From NCBI GenBank assembly GCA_051294905.1, contig CM119384.1, forward strand, positions 5,394,001-5,458,000: DNA of 64,000 nt. The letters are read 5' to 3'. Source of the DNA: Botryllus schlosseri. Lineage: Eukaryota. The translations under genes and the position numbers were made by a program. The number at the start of each line of letters is the position of its first letter. The stretch's first letter is position 1. The notes under the pieces were generated by a model that was not told the DNA's origin, did no database searches, and saw only the letters and a list, made by a program, of their open reading frames with translations. Below, piece after piece: positions 1-27,100 of the stretch.

Positions 1-140
1 TGTCTGGATAACATACATGTTGAAGTATAAAAGCAAGTGCCTTCAATTTCCGGAGATCAAGCTACACAATATGGCATTTTTACGGTCCACCGTATTTTTT
101 ATTAACGTTTACTTATCACGCAAAGTGTTTACACCGTGTC

Positions 141-3100
141 CTATACAACTTCTCCGTATCGCTCTTCGACTAAACTACGGGCCTTATAATATGGGGGATG
201 GTGTCGTACCATGCTATTTTCTAAAACGTGCTGTTTGAGAAAACAGAGGATTAGTATCGCTTTTCATATCAATACTATCATGATGTGGATGAATGCTTAT
301 GATATCGAAAATTGGATACCTGTTGGTATGCATCAATATCAATCAAGCTCGTCACCTTTCGCATAGCTCAATTTTCACCGTTTTACAGTCCATTTGAACG
401 AACTAGGATCGTTTTCACAACTACTTACTTACTTGAGTACTTTTAAAGTAAGCCAATTCTACTTCTACTCCAAGTAGTTCTAGATTGCTTATGGAAGAAG
501 TACTTCTACTCATACTTGAGTAGATTTTTCCGTCGCTACTTCTACTTCTACTTGAGTAGCTTTCTTGACTACTTTGACCACCTCTGTATGTATGTAACCC
601 CTACAACAGTAATGCCATCAAATTTTAGCAGTGAACAAAATTGAACATACATGCTAATACACACATACCACTTGCTCCATTCTTGATTGACCTTCGAAAA
701 ACAGAGTCTTGTCACCGTTGATGGTTTTGGCAAGCAGCTTCGTTTGCTTTAACAGCTCAGAATTTAAAACGACTTCTTTGATACTGATAGTATTCAGTTT
801 TACGCTTTTAGACAGCCGTGACAGCAGCACCTGTATAAGATCACCGACAAATTCAGTTTCGGTTTGATCTCCATTCTGTGTTGATTGATAATTATGTTAT
901 CCAATAGAATAGGCCTACAGTCGAATAGCTTTGAAGTGTGATTTGTGGCACTGATACGACACAACACTACAAATGCTTAAACTTTGTTCTGTCGTCTGGA
1001 ACCGTACAGGCTATGTCTAATTGGGCATCGAGGTCATGATAGCTATCTAGCCATTCTAGAATATGTACCGAAAAAGCAACTCCAGAGTACGAGTTCAACA
1101 ATGTAGTTATGATGTCTCAAATTCCATGGTACTGATCAAAGCATTTTCCTAAGTGATGTCATGTTTTCGAAGGTACAGAGCATGTTTTTGCAGGTGTAAA
1201 ACGGACCAAACCTGATTTCCTAATCTCTTATACATATATTTATTAGAACGCCAAGTCATGCTGCGCACTTTTAAATACGAAACGCGAGATCGTGATTATA
1301 GTGCCAGCAGTAGATGCATTCTTGTTTGTTATTAGTGCTAAAAGACATAAGTATCACACTCACACCTTAATTGCTTTAACACTGAGCGGATTTCGGTCTA
1401 GTATCAAATGCTCGAGGCCAGAATTGGTTTTTCCCATCCTCTCTTTCCGTTGCTTTTTCCTCTTGGTAATCGTGACACCTCCGGAAATCCCGTTCGCCAA
1501 TTGCTCGGCTCCGTATCCGCAAATATGATTGACAGCGAGCGACAGAAAACGGAGGGTAGAATTTTCTTTTAAGCTGTGACCCAACAGCGCTGCACCTTCA
1601 TCTCCGAGGCCGTTCCATGACAAATCCAACGCTAAAAGAGCGGTGTTGATCTGAAAGATATAATTGTAAGCAGGAACTTAACTGCCCCACCCCGAATCCC
1701 CCAATGGGGGGGGGGGGAGCGAGCTCGAAGGGGGCCAAACAATATTTCGTGAATTAACATAAATCATACAGTATTTTTTTTTAAATTTATGCTACTTTTT
1801 CAAAATAATTTTGTCAAATATCTTGATTATTGGGTACGCAAAGGTACGCATGATTTATAAAAATGGGTACGTTAGCCTCGGCCATTACCGCGCCACGACG
1901 CACCAAGACATATGAAGTTACAGGTCATGTAACATGCGACTCCAAGAAGTGTGCCAGAACGATGAGCAGCGAGAAGACCTTGGCCGAAAAGGACTGCCCC
2001 TGTGCTGACCGAAAAATTCGATATATATATATATACTAGACATAGATGTTTAATTCGGCGCCGAAATTGCTGGGAACATTATTTGCCAGTAAAGAACTAC
2101 CAATTTTAGTTTACCACGTTTTGGTGATTTCAATATCTTTTGATATTGCAGATAGAAGGTCACTAAATAGCATCATGTAACGAAGTCATTATACCAACGG
2201 GTACGCCCGAAGATGTTTAATTATTATTTAGGGGTCCTACCTTTTCCAATACACCTCACTAGATCAGCTCTACCGGTAAATCTGATTACATGAGCAGAGA
2301 GAGAGAGGATAAAAATTGATAGCAATATGCAATTCCCGATCATATTGGCCGATTCAGTCGACACAAGCCCAGAGGTGGTCAAAGTAGTCAAGAAAGCTAC
2401 TCAAGTAGAAGTAGAAGTAGCGACGAAAAAAATCTACTCAAGTACGAGTAGAAGTACTTCTTCCACGAGCCACCTAAAACTACTTGAAGTAGAAGTAGAA
2501 TTGACCGACTTTAAATCTGCTCAAGTAAGTAAGCATAGTATATTAAATGTTGGTACTCCGTGAAAACAGCCCCGAAATTCCTCAGGCTATCTTTCGTATT
2601 GGGGGATTAAACTACTTCTACTTGACAAACTGAAAATAGCGAAAAGTAAGTAAGTATATCACAAATTATTACGAAGTAGAGGTAGAAGTAGATAAAACCA
2701 GATCTACTTGAGTAAGTACCAGAAGTAGAGGAAAACTACTTAGTACTTCAAAAAAGTAGAAGAACTTCGTTACTGACCACCTCTAAATAGCCTGAGGGGG
2801 GTCTGGGGGCGAAGCCCCCAAAAGTTATGGGGCCCACGACCAACGTTTTTTGGGGGGGAGGCGGACGAAGTACTGTTATGGTCCTGATTACACGGTAGAT
2901 TTGCGATGTACGCCTGCAGAAAATTGCCATTATCGGAATCACATAGAAATGATTACATGAAAATATGATGTCACAGTTTCAGGCACACCGACTTCATAGT
3001 TGATGTAGTAATAGAATGTTTTTCGAGTGTACGTGATTAATATCACCCAACCGTCAAAAGTTGCTGACACTTGGGTCAATATCATTCACAGGTAGGACTA

Positions 3101-6100
3101 AGTGTAAATAAATGTAATGAAATATCATTCTGAAACGGGAATGCATTTAAACTAATAAAGGAATTGCGCTGGGCGTTGGCATATAAACAAGGCAAAATCG
3201 TTATGCCAGAAACATGATCTGGTATGGTTAACGCAGCCTGCGCTGTGCTGTGATCTTTGTTTGTAAGGTATACATGGTGTTTGTCGACTACTATATTATG
3301 GCCATTTACACCAGGCCAATTTTCATCATTTTCATTCTGTAGCTGCTCACTTCTTGGCTTTTATAGAACACCGCTCACACGAATGAGATAGCGAGGAGGA
3401 GCCTAGATAAACGACAAACAGTTATTTAGGAATAATGGAGTCGAGTTCGGTCGGCCTCGAACCCGTAACCCATTGGTGTTGCAGCTGTGGATTATACCGC
3501 TACGCTATATCGCCACATCATGTGCTGTGTAGTGTTTAAGCATTAATCAAGTCTTATCTAGGCTCGGCATATCATGATTGAAAAGATAGCTTACATCAAG
3601 CCCAGCTGCTATCGCCGCCGCGCCTTTTTTATGAATACGATTCCATGCCAAATTCAAACTTGTTAAAGACTTGTTATCCATGAGCATTGCCCCGAAAGCT
3701 TCCCCTGAAACAGATAGCCGCAATGAAACAACATCATCAGGGCTATATCGCGACAAAATTACCAGCTTCGTCGGCAAAATCGTTATGGCTAACGTCCAGT
3801 GATCTAAGACTGCCATTGACGCGAAGAACTTCCGCAAGGAGCAAGGCTTCCTGCGTATGAAATGACACTGTCCAATCCCTATAGTCAATTAATGTGCACC
3901 ACTCTATAAAAACATGCAACTATAAGGGTAACTAATCTCGTCTGTAAAAAAACATCAATCAATACACACATCAATCCTACAACGCTAAATGAAATATAAG
4001 TTCTATATATCCCTGTATGAAGTGCACTATAATGAAATTATTATTTTTACCAAGTTGGCAATCGCCATACCTTGTCGCGAAGGTGATTTTCTTTCAAGCA
4101 TAATGTAGTGAGATGACGATTGTGTAGTATCACCTGCGCAAAGTATCTGCCGCCATTGCAACCGAGACAATTCCCGCCGAGATCAAGTCTATATATTTGC
4201 GTGTTTATTCTGAAAACAAGAACGGCGGTTCGATAACAGCACGATTGTCATCAGGCGCGTAGGAAGAGCGGGCATTTGCATTCGGAATTGGGCTGTTGGA
4301 GATACTGATACATTGTAATCAAGACCGAAGATACATAGCCTACCTTGCCCTAATTTTGGACACTGTGTGTTGGCTCGCAATGTATATTTGCGAATTACGT
4401 CGCACTCGCCGTGGGCATACATTAGGTTTACCAGTTACCATATGTACATTGTACGTATAAGTCCATACGAGCGGTTCTTTCAAGAGTCGATTCTGAAAAA
4501 ATGACCTTTTTATATTCTTTGTAGTCAGTCCATCAATATTAGCAGTAAATTTTCCAGATTTCCCATATTAATGAATACTACTTAATCTTCTGCGACTTGT
4601 AGAAACCGTGTTCTTTTTCGTATCTCAGAATATATGGTAACCCTCATAGCATACATGTCAAATCGCCTGGTATGGAATGTTAGGTCCCGATCAAAACCAT
4701 ACTTACACTGTGTCGTATACCATACATCCTTTCACAACTGGTAGTTGTTTACAAACCGCTACCATAACTGGTGCTGATCCAGTGTTCAGTCCAAACTTAA
4801 AGCTTGAGGACACGCGGATTAATTGGCAACGCCACATTAGGCGTGGATCAATATAGTAGTGGTGTTATAGCACACAATCGCAAGCGATATTGGCTCGTTA
4901 TTCCATTGTTTCTGCTACTATGGTTAACAATTAAAACACGAGTGGGAGGTATTTGTACCGATACGGTTTGGCGATGTTAAATGAGCAATTAGCATTGTTG
5001 AAATATATCCCTTTCCAAATACTGATAATAAGTTGCGAAGATTTATCCATAGAACAATAATTCAATTACGATAGAAAGGGTAGTAGAGGGCGCAGACAAA
5101 AACAACCCGGAGACAATTCATTCATATAATAATGTGGATCAACAAAGTTCTGATTTGGAATGTAATAAAAGAAACATCATTATTGTACAGCCCATATCGC
5201 TCATTGCTTTTGTTCAACTAGTCGCGCTTAAGGCTTCGAGTTACCCGACGAGACACCGTAAAAACTGATTGCTTACTGCCTTACTATATCGTCGCAATGC
5301 AAAGTTTTGATATGTGTCATGATATACATGACACCCGACGCAGCAGACTCTACGCCGCGATACAGTAATCTCATAATTGGTCTTTGTATTGGGTGTTTAT
5401 CGGTAAATTTCAGGCATACGTCCACATCAATCAGACGCGAGTTTGTCACTTCGGATAATACGAGGCGATTGTTTTGATTTTTCTGCATAAGTGCAGTGTA
5501 ACGAGCTATAGCCACACCTCGATATTATAACACACCCCGCGGCGAAAATGAGTGATCGAACAGAACCCCATCTGCATAGACGTGGAAGGAAAATTATCAC
5601 CAGCTCACTAAAGACATAAATTGCCGACAATGTAACATAGACATTAAACAAAGACTACTCAAAGTCGTTTCAACACCTTCCTATCTTTTCATTATATCCA
5701 AACTTTTTTTTGTGGTGTATTGAACTGATTAAAATTGCTAATAAACCGAAACCGAACGACTTGGAGGGGTGTGTCGGCGACATATAGTTTTACCTTACAA
5801 AATTAGCCAAGCGCTTTGCCGCCTTGTCGTCAATACCGTTGTTAGCCAGATCCAAGTCTCGGACGAATTCGCTGTGGCGCAATCCTTCGGCGAGGGCGGA
5901 AGCGTTCTTCGCATTGATATAGCTTCAAAATATGGCACATTCTTAACAATAATTGACATCTTTTCGGACGAATTTGTTCGGAGTTGATATTTCACCTGTG
6001 ATTCACGCGAAATTGTATGCTCTCTCTGTCGAGTTTTCGCTTTAGTGTTTGCGATGGACGAGTTCCTGAGTGTAAGAAATTGTTTTGAGGCGATTTGATT

Positions 6101-7584
6101 ATAGACAGTTGTGGTGTGATAAATTCGATGGTAAGCTTTTCCGGACGGTGCCCTTGTCATGCTTGCGATTAGTTCAATGCTGGCGTCAGGAATGTATGAC
6201 TAGACATACTTCGTGTATACTCGGAAGCCCCTTTACGGAACCTAATATTTGCAAAAAGTAGCCTATTCTGAAAGATCAAACGCTATGCACTCGACGCTCG
6301 ATGTAACTTACTTTTCTTCTCGCAGGCGCGTTCGTAATACCACGACCCTCTAGCATCGGGAGGTTCAATTTCGGGTTTAAAATATGCGTCCTCCAAATCC
6401 GTATCGTACTCTTCTGAATCTGGATTCAGCTCATCAAGAAAATCATCAAATGTCATTGAAGACTCGGGTCGTTTGATTGAATCGCGGCTTAGTAGCTTCG
6501 ATCTCACCCATTCCCAGTCTGTCGTCGCTGAAAGATAACAAAGCCTTCAAATGCCGAGACTTTACAAAGTAAACATTCCCCAGTTATCAGGACATGTCGA
6601 CATAATGGTGTCTGTTATATAGAAGATAGCTCACATGTCCATTCGAAAATTAACCATTAGCATAAAAGTATTTTCTAATCAGTTCAATATGGATCTAATC
6701 AAACTTTGACAACTAGATAATTCTAGTTTCATTATTACAGTAATTAGAGTGAAATGCCGCCATTATCACGATTATGAGAATGAGCTCTGGTTGGATATAA
6801 ACTGAACTTGATTTTTGTTGCATTTTTGTCTAATTAGGAATTTAAACCAATTTCCAAATTTTCGCGAATTCAACAATTTAATTATACATTGGAAAATAAC
6901 CATGTAGCTATAATTCTAATCCAATTTTGAAAAGTTGAAAATTTATCTGTTGTCCAACGATAGTTCCAATTACGGATATGTAGTCGGAGCACAAGTTTTA
7001 AAGTGATGTGACGATAGAATATATGTGTAAGTTTAGCCTATGTATAGTTTGAAATACGAACAGGGAACTGTACCGGGTCTGAGTGGAGAACGACGTGGGC
7101 TGGATCTGGACGCAGTCTTGTATCTTGAGCCTGTTAATCGATTCGGGAAATCTGTTGGTGAGATTGTTCGTGTGAGTCCCCTGTTGATTGTGACTTCGTG
7201 TTCTTCCCAAAGTTCTTCGCCGCGATTAGTACACTCCGGAGCGGTTGCTGGTGGCAGGCCTACATGTCTCATAGATGGGCCAAGGTGGAATTCCGGTTGG
7301 GCTGGGCCGTTTTCCTCCTCTGGCAAGGATAACGTTTCTTCCAAATCTTCCACCGTGGCTTCTTCAACAACTATCACGGGAAGTGTTGGCCTCACGTTGG
7401 TTGGGGCAGAAACGACACCACGCCTATCTGGCTTCCTTCTTGTCTCGATTCTCGCCGTAACTACCTTTCTGGGAGTTAACGATTTCAAAGCCTGTTGCTG
7501 TCTTCGAACTGTTCTCCTTGCAGCGTGACTGAGTGTTTCCAAACCTTGACGGGAAATGTATTGCATTGAATCTCCATTTGTCAT
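141..7584 (-). CDS. LRRC74: Leucine-rich repeat protein, LRRC74A/B-like (about 599 aa, 10 coding exons)
   Basis: Hand-assembled exons (- strand): 7584-7074, 6527-6312, 6065-5996, 5922-5794, 4209-4071, 3850-3763, 3704-3595, 1650-1366, 830-669, 230-141 (TAG). All introns are GT-AG, phases are consistent, total 1800 nt. RNI-like 28-aa LRRs (e.g. LAEVLRVNGSLRSLDVSHNDFADEAG, LDLSWNGLGDEGAALLGHSLKEN) follow an EEYDTDLED acidic motif and a YERACEKK segment that I recall from LRRC74 proteins. AATAAA on - strand at 98-103. The start Met and last exon are less certain. Confidence 0.75.
2370..2785. mobile_element. MITE with CAGAGGTGGTCA TIRs and AGTAGAAGTA arrays
   Basis: TIR CAGAGGTGGTCA / TGACCACCTCTA. 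Further copies or fragments at about 415-586, 10601-10896, 12764-12890, 22960-23200, 36200-36325, 38250-38400, 42072-42271, 52740-52850, 56867-57121 and 61130-61309. Confidence 0.8.
3430..3514 (-). mobile_element. tRNA-derived SINE head
   Basis: Minus strand GGCGATA-TAGCGTAGCGG (A box) ... GGGTTCGAGGCC (B box) without a complete cloverleaf. A second decayed copy at about 23985-24040 shares AACCC-GTAACCCATTGGTGTT-like sequence. Confidence 0.55.
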
Positions 7585-7685
7585 TGTATTACTGAATGCA
7601 TCCAGAGAAGGACGATGAGTAACACACCCTAACATCGTATATTGACAGCTAAGCGGCGCTCGAAGTAAAACACGAATTGTATACC

Positions 7686-7697
7686 GTCGCTGGTTAC
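7686..7697. promoter_or_regulatory. Weak X-box-like motif upstream of LRRC74-like gene
   Basis: GTCGCT-GGTTAC: half sites with no spacer and one mismatch, about 100 bp upstream of the ATG. Confidence 0.25.
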
Positions 7698-10040
7698 AAG
7701 ACACTGTAACAATGCGATCGACTGGATAACTTGAAGGATATTTATCGAACTCAAAGGGAACTGCCAGACCACAGAATCAGCTGTGACGAAATTGCTTGTA
7801 AGCGTCATCTAACGACTGCATTTGACAATATCCGTTCCGAGCCTCTGCCTTATTTTTTGTTGTTGACCAAACAGAGACGATCAGTCGGTCACTATAATAG
7901 CATGAGGTACATAACGTTACTGTGGTCAAGCAATGACAATAACTTATATTTCAGTATGACTGCCTCTTGCGTGTACGACTGCTCAAGTGCCCAGTGCCCA
8001 TGTTTGATTGAAAGACTACTCCAAATCCTTTGCACTCCTTCCATTTAAAAAAAAATAATTTATCGCAATCTTGTAGTATTGAGAAACTGAACTGAAGAAC
8101 CAAAGGCGACTCGAAAATACCCTGCCATACTAAAGTGCTTATTGTAGCTCACAGACGGAACTAATGATTTGAGTTACGTCGAGGGCTAGTGATAGGCTAC
8201 AACAAAATTACGAGGTGTGTGTATGAACTATGAAGGTCTGGCCGAGTCGACCGACTGCATTTTTTACAGTGCCGAAATCTTGCGATGCTTATTTACGGTA
8301 GTATCGGAGATTCGAGGTATAATGTGCAGGTGTGTATCATTTAATTCTTTCCCTTAACGAACATTTAATACAGTCAGCTGGTCCTGTATATCGTACAGAC
8401 AGTGAACTGCGTAGCCTACTTGTTTGATGCGTGTGTGATAAGTGGGGCGATTTTTTTCACCTACAAACGGAAGATTTTGGCCTAAAAAATCAAAACTTTG
8501 ACATTTTTTGACATTAAAAACTGAATTTTGGCCAAATTTTGACCTAACGGATGCAAATTAGGTGTTTTCCCACATAATGTTAGAATTGTAACACTTATTT
8601 TCATTTCAGGTTCGAACTGTCTGTCCTTACGAAGTTGTTTGGCCTGAAAAAACGTTTTTGACTAAAAAACTGGCAAATATTTTAATGAAAAAACTTTATT
8701 TTAACGAAATCTGGCACTTTGAAGAATTCCAGTAGTTACATCACGTATTACGGTAAAGATAATTAAAATTTGTTGTTGGAGTAGCCTACAACGAAAGATA
8801 CTGTCCTACATTCTCGGGTAGAATGGAGAAAGAACGTTTAACAGTAGCAGTTTTTGACTGACAACACTATGAGGTTGTGCGTGCGTACACTAGTGGCGAC
8901 ACACCGTGTTGCTTCATTCTGACAATGGTGTCAACATCGCAATTTTTCATAATCCGCTTCTTTATATAGGAACCATGCAATGCCCACGCAGTTTTGCTTC
9001 AGTTAGGATATTGCGGTACCTTGAGTATAACACCATGTCCACCTATTTCTTTTATTTAAATGTTTATGATTATTCACAATTAGCAGATAATTGGCCGTCT
9101 GCAACGGTAGGCCTATAAAGTAGGTTACAAGCTGTAAAATGTCAAATGATAAGTTCACCGGCAGTACAAAATCTACCATACAAACGAAATGCAGGTTGTA
9201 TTTTTTTTGACTTTGTAAACAATATTGACATTTTTTGACCTAACGCTACAATTTTGACATGTCAAAAAATCGCTCTAGTGATCAGACTAGACGACTTCCA
9301 TGGTCGTATAGATCATTCATATCCGATACCAATAATGCTGTGCATACTTATTTTTTGTGTCATCTTTGCTGTGGTGTGCTGAGTTTCGGATAGATACGAA
9401 TATAACAACTATCTCACTCTCATTACCCCAATAATTTCAATTCAAGCAAGACTTGTCGACGATGTCCGATAGGCAAGGTAATTAAACGACGGACAATACC
9501 GTTCGCACGACACAAAACGATGACTCATAGACTTGGGTAGATATCTTGTTTGTTTGCAATGCCAATTAAATCGTGCACCAAGGTGAATGTTCAATTTGCA
9601 AGTGTTGATTACGGCATTTTAAGACTTATCGCTTCTGATCTGGTAATACGAACCTATACGTGTCGCACATGCACTGTATCATCGGACGGACTCGATGTCA
9701 ATCGGCCAGACGTTTGATCCCTCAAATCGGACTATTGGCTATTGGAGCATACTCTACCTAACGAAATCCCTGCCATCGAATACGTACACCGCAGCATCTG
9801 TTTTCACACTCGACCTATTTTTTTGCGTACAGAACAACAAACCCTATCAATGTGATAGTAAATCGCTCACAACACAGCTGATGAACACGTATTGGAAGGC
9901 CATCAGTACACACAAAGTCACTTTCAACGATAAAAATCACGGATCAGTGTGCGTTAACGCGGGGCTTGAACGGAAAAAGTCAGGAAAGCGGCATTAAAGT
10001 GCTGGTATAAAGAGTACGAAATTCGCCACGGCGCGGGCGG

Positions 10041-19376
<9,336 letters not shown>

Positions 19377-20034
19377 CACTCCTGAAAATGAAACACACAG
19401 CATAGATGTACCAATCCCTTATTGAGTACCTATCATGAATGCGTCAGTGCGGCATGGACATGATGCAATGCTAGAAAAATATCTTTAAAATCCAGAACAC
19501 GATCTTTGCCACACTTTTAGCTATAAATTTATGATGGAAAGAACTTTCAATTGAATTGATTGCGGATTAAATTGGAATATACACGGGGGAAGTAAATTGT
19601 ATCAAGTAACGGTACCTAGTAAAGCGGATATGATACTTCGGAAAGGGATCTAATCGTCTTTAATTGTTGTATTGAAGAAAAGCATGATGGTTCCACTGCT
19701 ATGTTCCTACACACTACACCACACAACTAATCATATAGTGAAAAATTATGTCACTGTAACTGTACTTTAGTTTAGGTTGGTTCAGTTTTAGTAACACTTG
19801 CGATATATATAATGTAAAGGTAGAAAGGAGTCCACATGAGTTTAAATAGTCAATCAAGCACCAACGTTGGCCAACATAAAATAATAAATATAAAATAATG
19901 TTAATGTATACTGAATGAAAAATAACATAAGCATGCATAAAATTTACAAGCAATGTGTATGCATTGTCATGTGTTTTGTTGGTAACAAAATTTAAATGTT
20001 AAATCGTGATAACAGTGTACAATTGTATACTCAC

Positions 20035-20200
20035 GAGATGAGTTGACTGACGCCGGGGAAGGAGCTGTCGATACTTCCGACATATTTTCCTTTTATGAAT
20101 CGCAATACTCGATATTCCTCGAAATTTTGGAAATACACGAAAAATAATTCCCCAAAGAACGTAAAACCACTGCGCTGCTCTGCACCAAAACAAACATCAC
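20035..20200 (-). other. CFAP100: Putative non-coding first exon of CFAP100
   Basis: Minus-strand donor GTGAGT at 20034 and a TTTCAG acceptor immediately before 19381, 5 nt upstream of the ATG. An X-box-like motif lies just upstream. The 5' boundary is approximate. Confidence 0.45.
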
Positions 20201-20211
20201 TGATCCGTGTT

Positions 20212-20226
20212 GTTGTTAGTAGCGAC
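20212..20226. promoter_or_regulatory. X-box-like motif upstream of CFAP100
   Basis: GTTGTT-AGT-AGCGAC: two RFX-like half sites with a 3-nt spacer, immediately upstream of the putative first exon. Confidence 0.4.
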
Positions 20227-21243
20227 CACCACTAAGAGTACTATTGAGTTACTACGGACAATTTGTCATCGAATATTATTTAGCTAATTTCTTGAAATAT
20301 TTCCCTAAGCTCAAAACACCACAAGATCAATGAAATGAACAGATCAGAAAGATGTAAAATAACTTGGAAAAGTCTTTCCATGTAACACACACGCAGGTAA
20401 AAAGAATGCCTCAAAACTAGGGATATACAAATTAAAAACACAAGCGCCGGCTAGTATTGATTAGGTTGTCGAATGACACATTCAGAGAATGGTTTTCATC
20501 ATTTGTTACTCATGTAAATACTGATTGCAGCAATGATGCAGTATTAACAATGTCTGACTCGAGTTGCCGCGCATTGTGTAACCCTAATCGAAAGTTTCCA
20601 AATTTACATGAATACTAGAAGAGGTGCACCGTGCCACCTTTCATGACCATATTGGTTTGGACAGTGCCATCAGCCAGCGGTTGAATTCAGCTGTTCGCAC
20701 CGGTTCTGTAGAACTGTCTGACGAAATAGTTTTTATGAGCGAACCTCCGTTAGCATTACTGGATACTGTCAATCACCTTTTGTAATAGAATCGGCTGAAA
20801 AAGTTGACTTTTAAGATGGAATTTGAAGCCTACCATTATATCCACTACCCAACCCATAGCCCTTCCATACCAGTAGCTCGGAGTGTGAAGTTTGCCGTCA
20901 GATGACTGGAGAATAGAGCAAAATTTTATGTAATTTTTCGCTGCACAACGTCAGAAGACTGAATTTTCCATATTTGTTTATTAAATTTCATAAGCTAAAA
21001 TAGAAATCACTTATGGATGAAGAATGAGAACAAAATAGCAACATAATGTGATGCGATATTGAATATATAAACATTACAGATACACCAAATTCGTTCATGT
21101 CTGCAGGACATGTATGTACCGAAGGACTTTTGTTCGCTAGTGATTGCATTGCTGTATTCATATTACGGATGAAATCAGAAGTCATTCTGTACTGCTCGTG
21201 CATTCAGACGCTGTAATATCTAAATTTGCATTTCTTTTAGCTT

Positions 21244-25962
<4,719 letters not shown>

Positions 25963-26070
25963 TTTCGATCCTTCCTCCACTTGTTCGTAAAAGAGTTCGT
26001 TCGACAGGATATCTTAGATTTCTGAATCTCCACGAGTGGGAGCAATGTTTACAAAACTGTTTACTGAAGT

Positions 26071-26084
26071 GTCGTTATGGAGAC
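26071..26084. promoter_or_regulatory. RFX X-box
   Basis: GTCGTTATGGAGAC fits the 14-bp X-box consensus RTHNYY-WT-RRNRAC exactly. It lies 109 bp upstream of the ANKRD42 ATG, in the divergent ANKRD42 / ZDHHC-TTC21B interval. Confidence 0.65.
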
Positions 26085-26821
26085 TTGAAAAACCAATGAC
26101 CCTCAACGATAAATTATAATGTAAACTTGCATATCTAGGTATGAAATCAATAGAATTTCATTTAATTATTCGAATATTCATCGAATAATTAGGTTTTATC
26201 TCCATTTCAACAACTGAAATGTTGATGTAACTAGAAGTGAAAGTTTTTGATTTGTTCACTCAAACGTGATGAACGACCTCGATGATTCTAAATATTTTGG
26301 ACGACAAAACTTTTCAACGCTTGATCATATGAGTTTTGGGTGGTAATAGTATCATTGACAATTGACAGGTTGGCGTATGCCTATATATCGCTAAAAATGT
26401 TGACTAAGTTTCGTGATACTATCGAATAAAAACATTAAGTTCGATAATCGTGTTTATCTACTTCATATTTATGAGCGCATGCTTCTTAAAACATCTTTCC
26501 GGACATTTTTGGCTGGCCGATGAACGATAGTTATGGTTATAGCTGGAGTAGCCTTTGGTTAGTATTGAAGTTAGGGAGAAAAGCCGTAAAATCGAAGCTC
26601 ATTATTCAGCAAAACCCCAAACCTAAACCAGTCCAGAGCTACCCTGATCCTCCTGTATGGAATCTGTGTCCTGTGTTCACACAATCCTTTATTATTTTTA
26701 TTTTTTATTAAATTACTTTGGAGAATCATCGCTGATGATCAAATGATAATTTAGGCAAAATGTACCGAGATTTCAGTAGATGACCCAAGCTATAAATTCT
26801 ATAACCTTAACCATTATGAAT

Positions 26822-26908
26822 AGCTTCTTGGAGGTACAGAACTTCAATGTGCAATTGATTAGTATATTCATATTGAAATGAACCCGAAAATTTTCGGCTG
26901 GCACTCAT
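26822..26908 (-). mobile_element. 5'-truncated PLE tail remnant upstream of the ZDHHC ORF
   Basis: AGCTTCTTGGAGGTACAGAACTTCAAT...AACCCGAAAATTTTCGGCTGGCACTCAT matches the family; truncated within the hammerhead core. Confidence 0.75.
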
Positions 26909-27100
26909 TCTGCCATTATCATTGGTCAGCTAACAATGTTTGGAAACAACCGAAGGAGCATCAAAATTAATCGATTATTATGCCTCCATCATGTAAATTG
27001 CAGTTTGTACCAGTTATTTTTTCTTATTATACCAGGTTTAGCAACTCAGAAATATTATGGGCATTTGATCTCTCATAAGAAACTATCACAGAATAATAGA

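Noticed and set aside
5273-5651. Exon-like segments in LRRC74 intron 4
   Set aside because: The LRR register joins perfectly from 5794 to 4209 in phase 2 without them, and they show no LRR pattern.
7040-7528. 162-aa plus-strand ORF antisense to LRRC74 exon 1, and similar shadow ORFs over other exons
   Set aside because: These are antisense shadows of GC-richer coding exons with no independent features.
7585-7704. Upstream extension of the LRRC74 first-exon ORF (MSCNQRR..., TTG/GTG-type start)
   Set aside because: No canonical support. It overlaps the putative promoter motif, and the ATG at 7584 is the more plausible start, though ATG use at 7635 cannot be excluded.
8442-9278. Possible element bounded by GGGGCGATTTTTT / AAAAAATCGCTCTA in the LRRC74-CFAP100 intergenic region
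   Set aside because: The termini are imperfect and no TSD is found; it cannot be supported without other copies.
26936-27100. 55-aa N-terminal extension of the ZDHHC ORF in the ORF track (MFGNNRR...)
   Set aside because: It runs through a pyrimidine tract and acceptor (27020-27035), and homology to ZDHHC2/15/20 starts at MASTSD (27101). Probably incidental open frame in intron or UTR.
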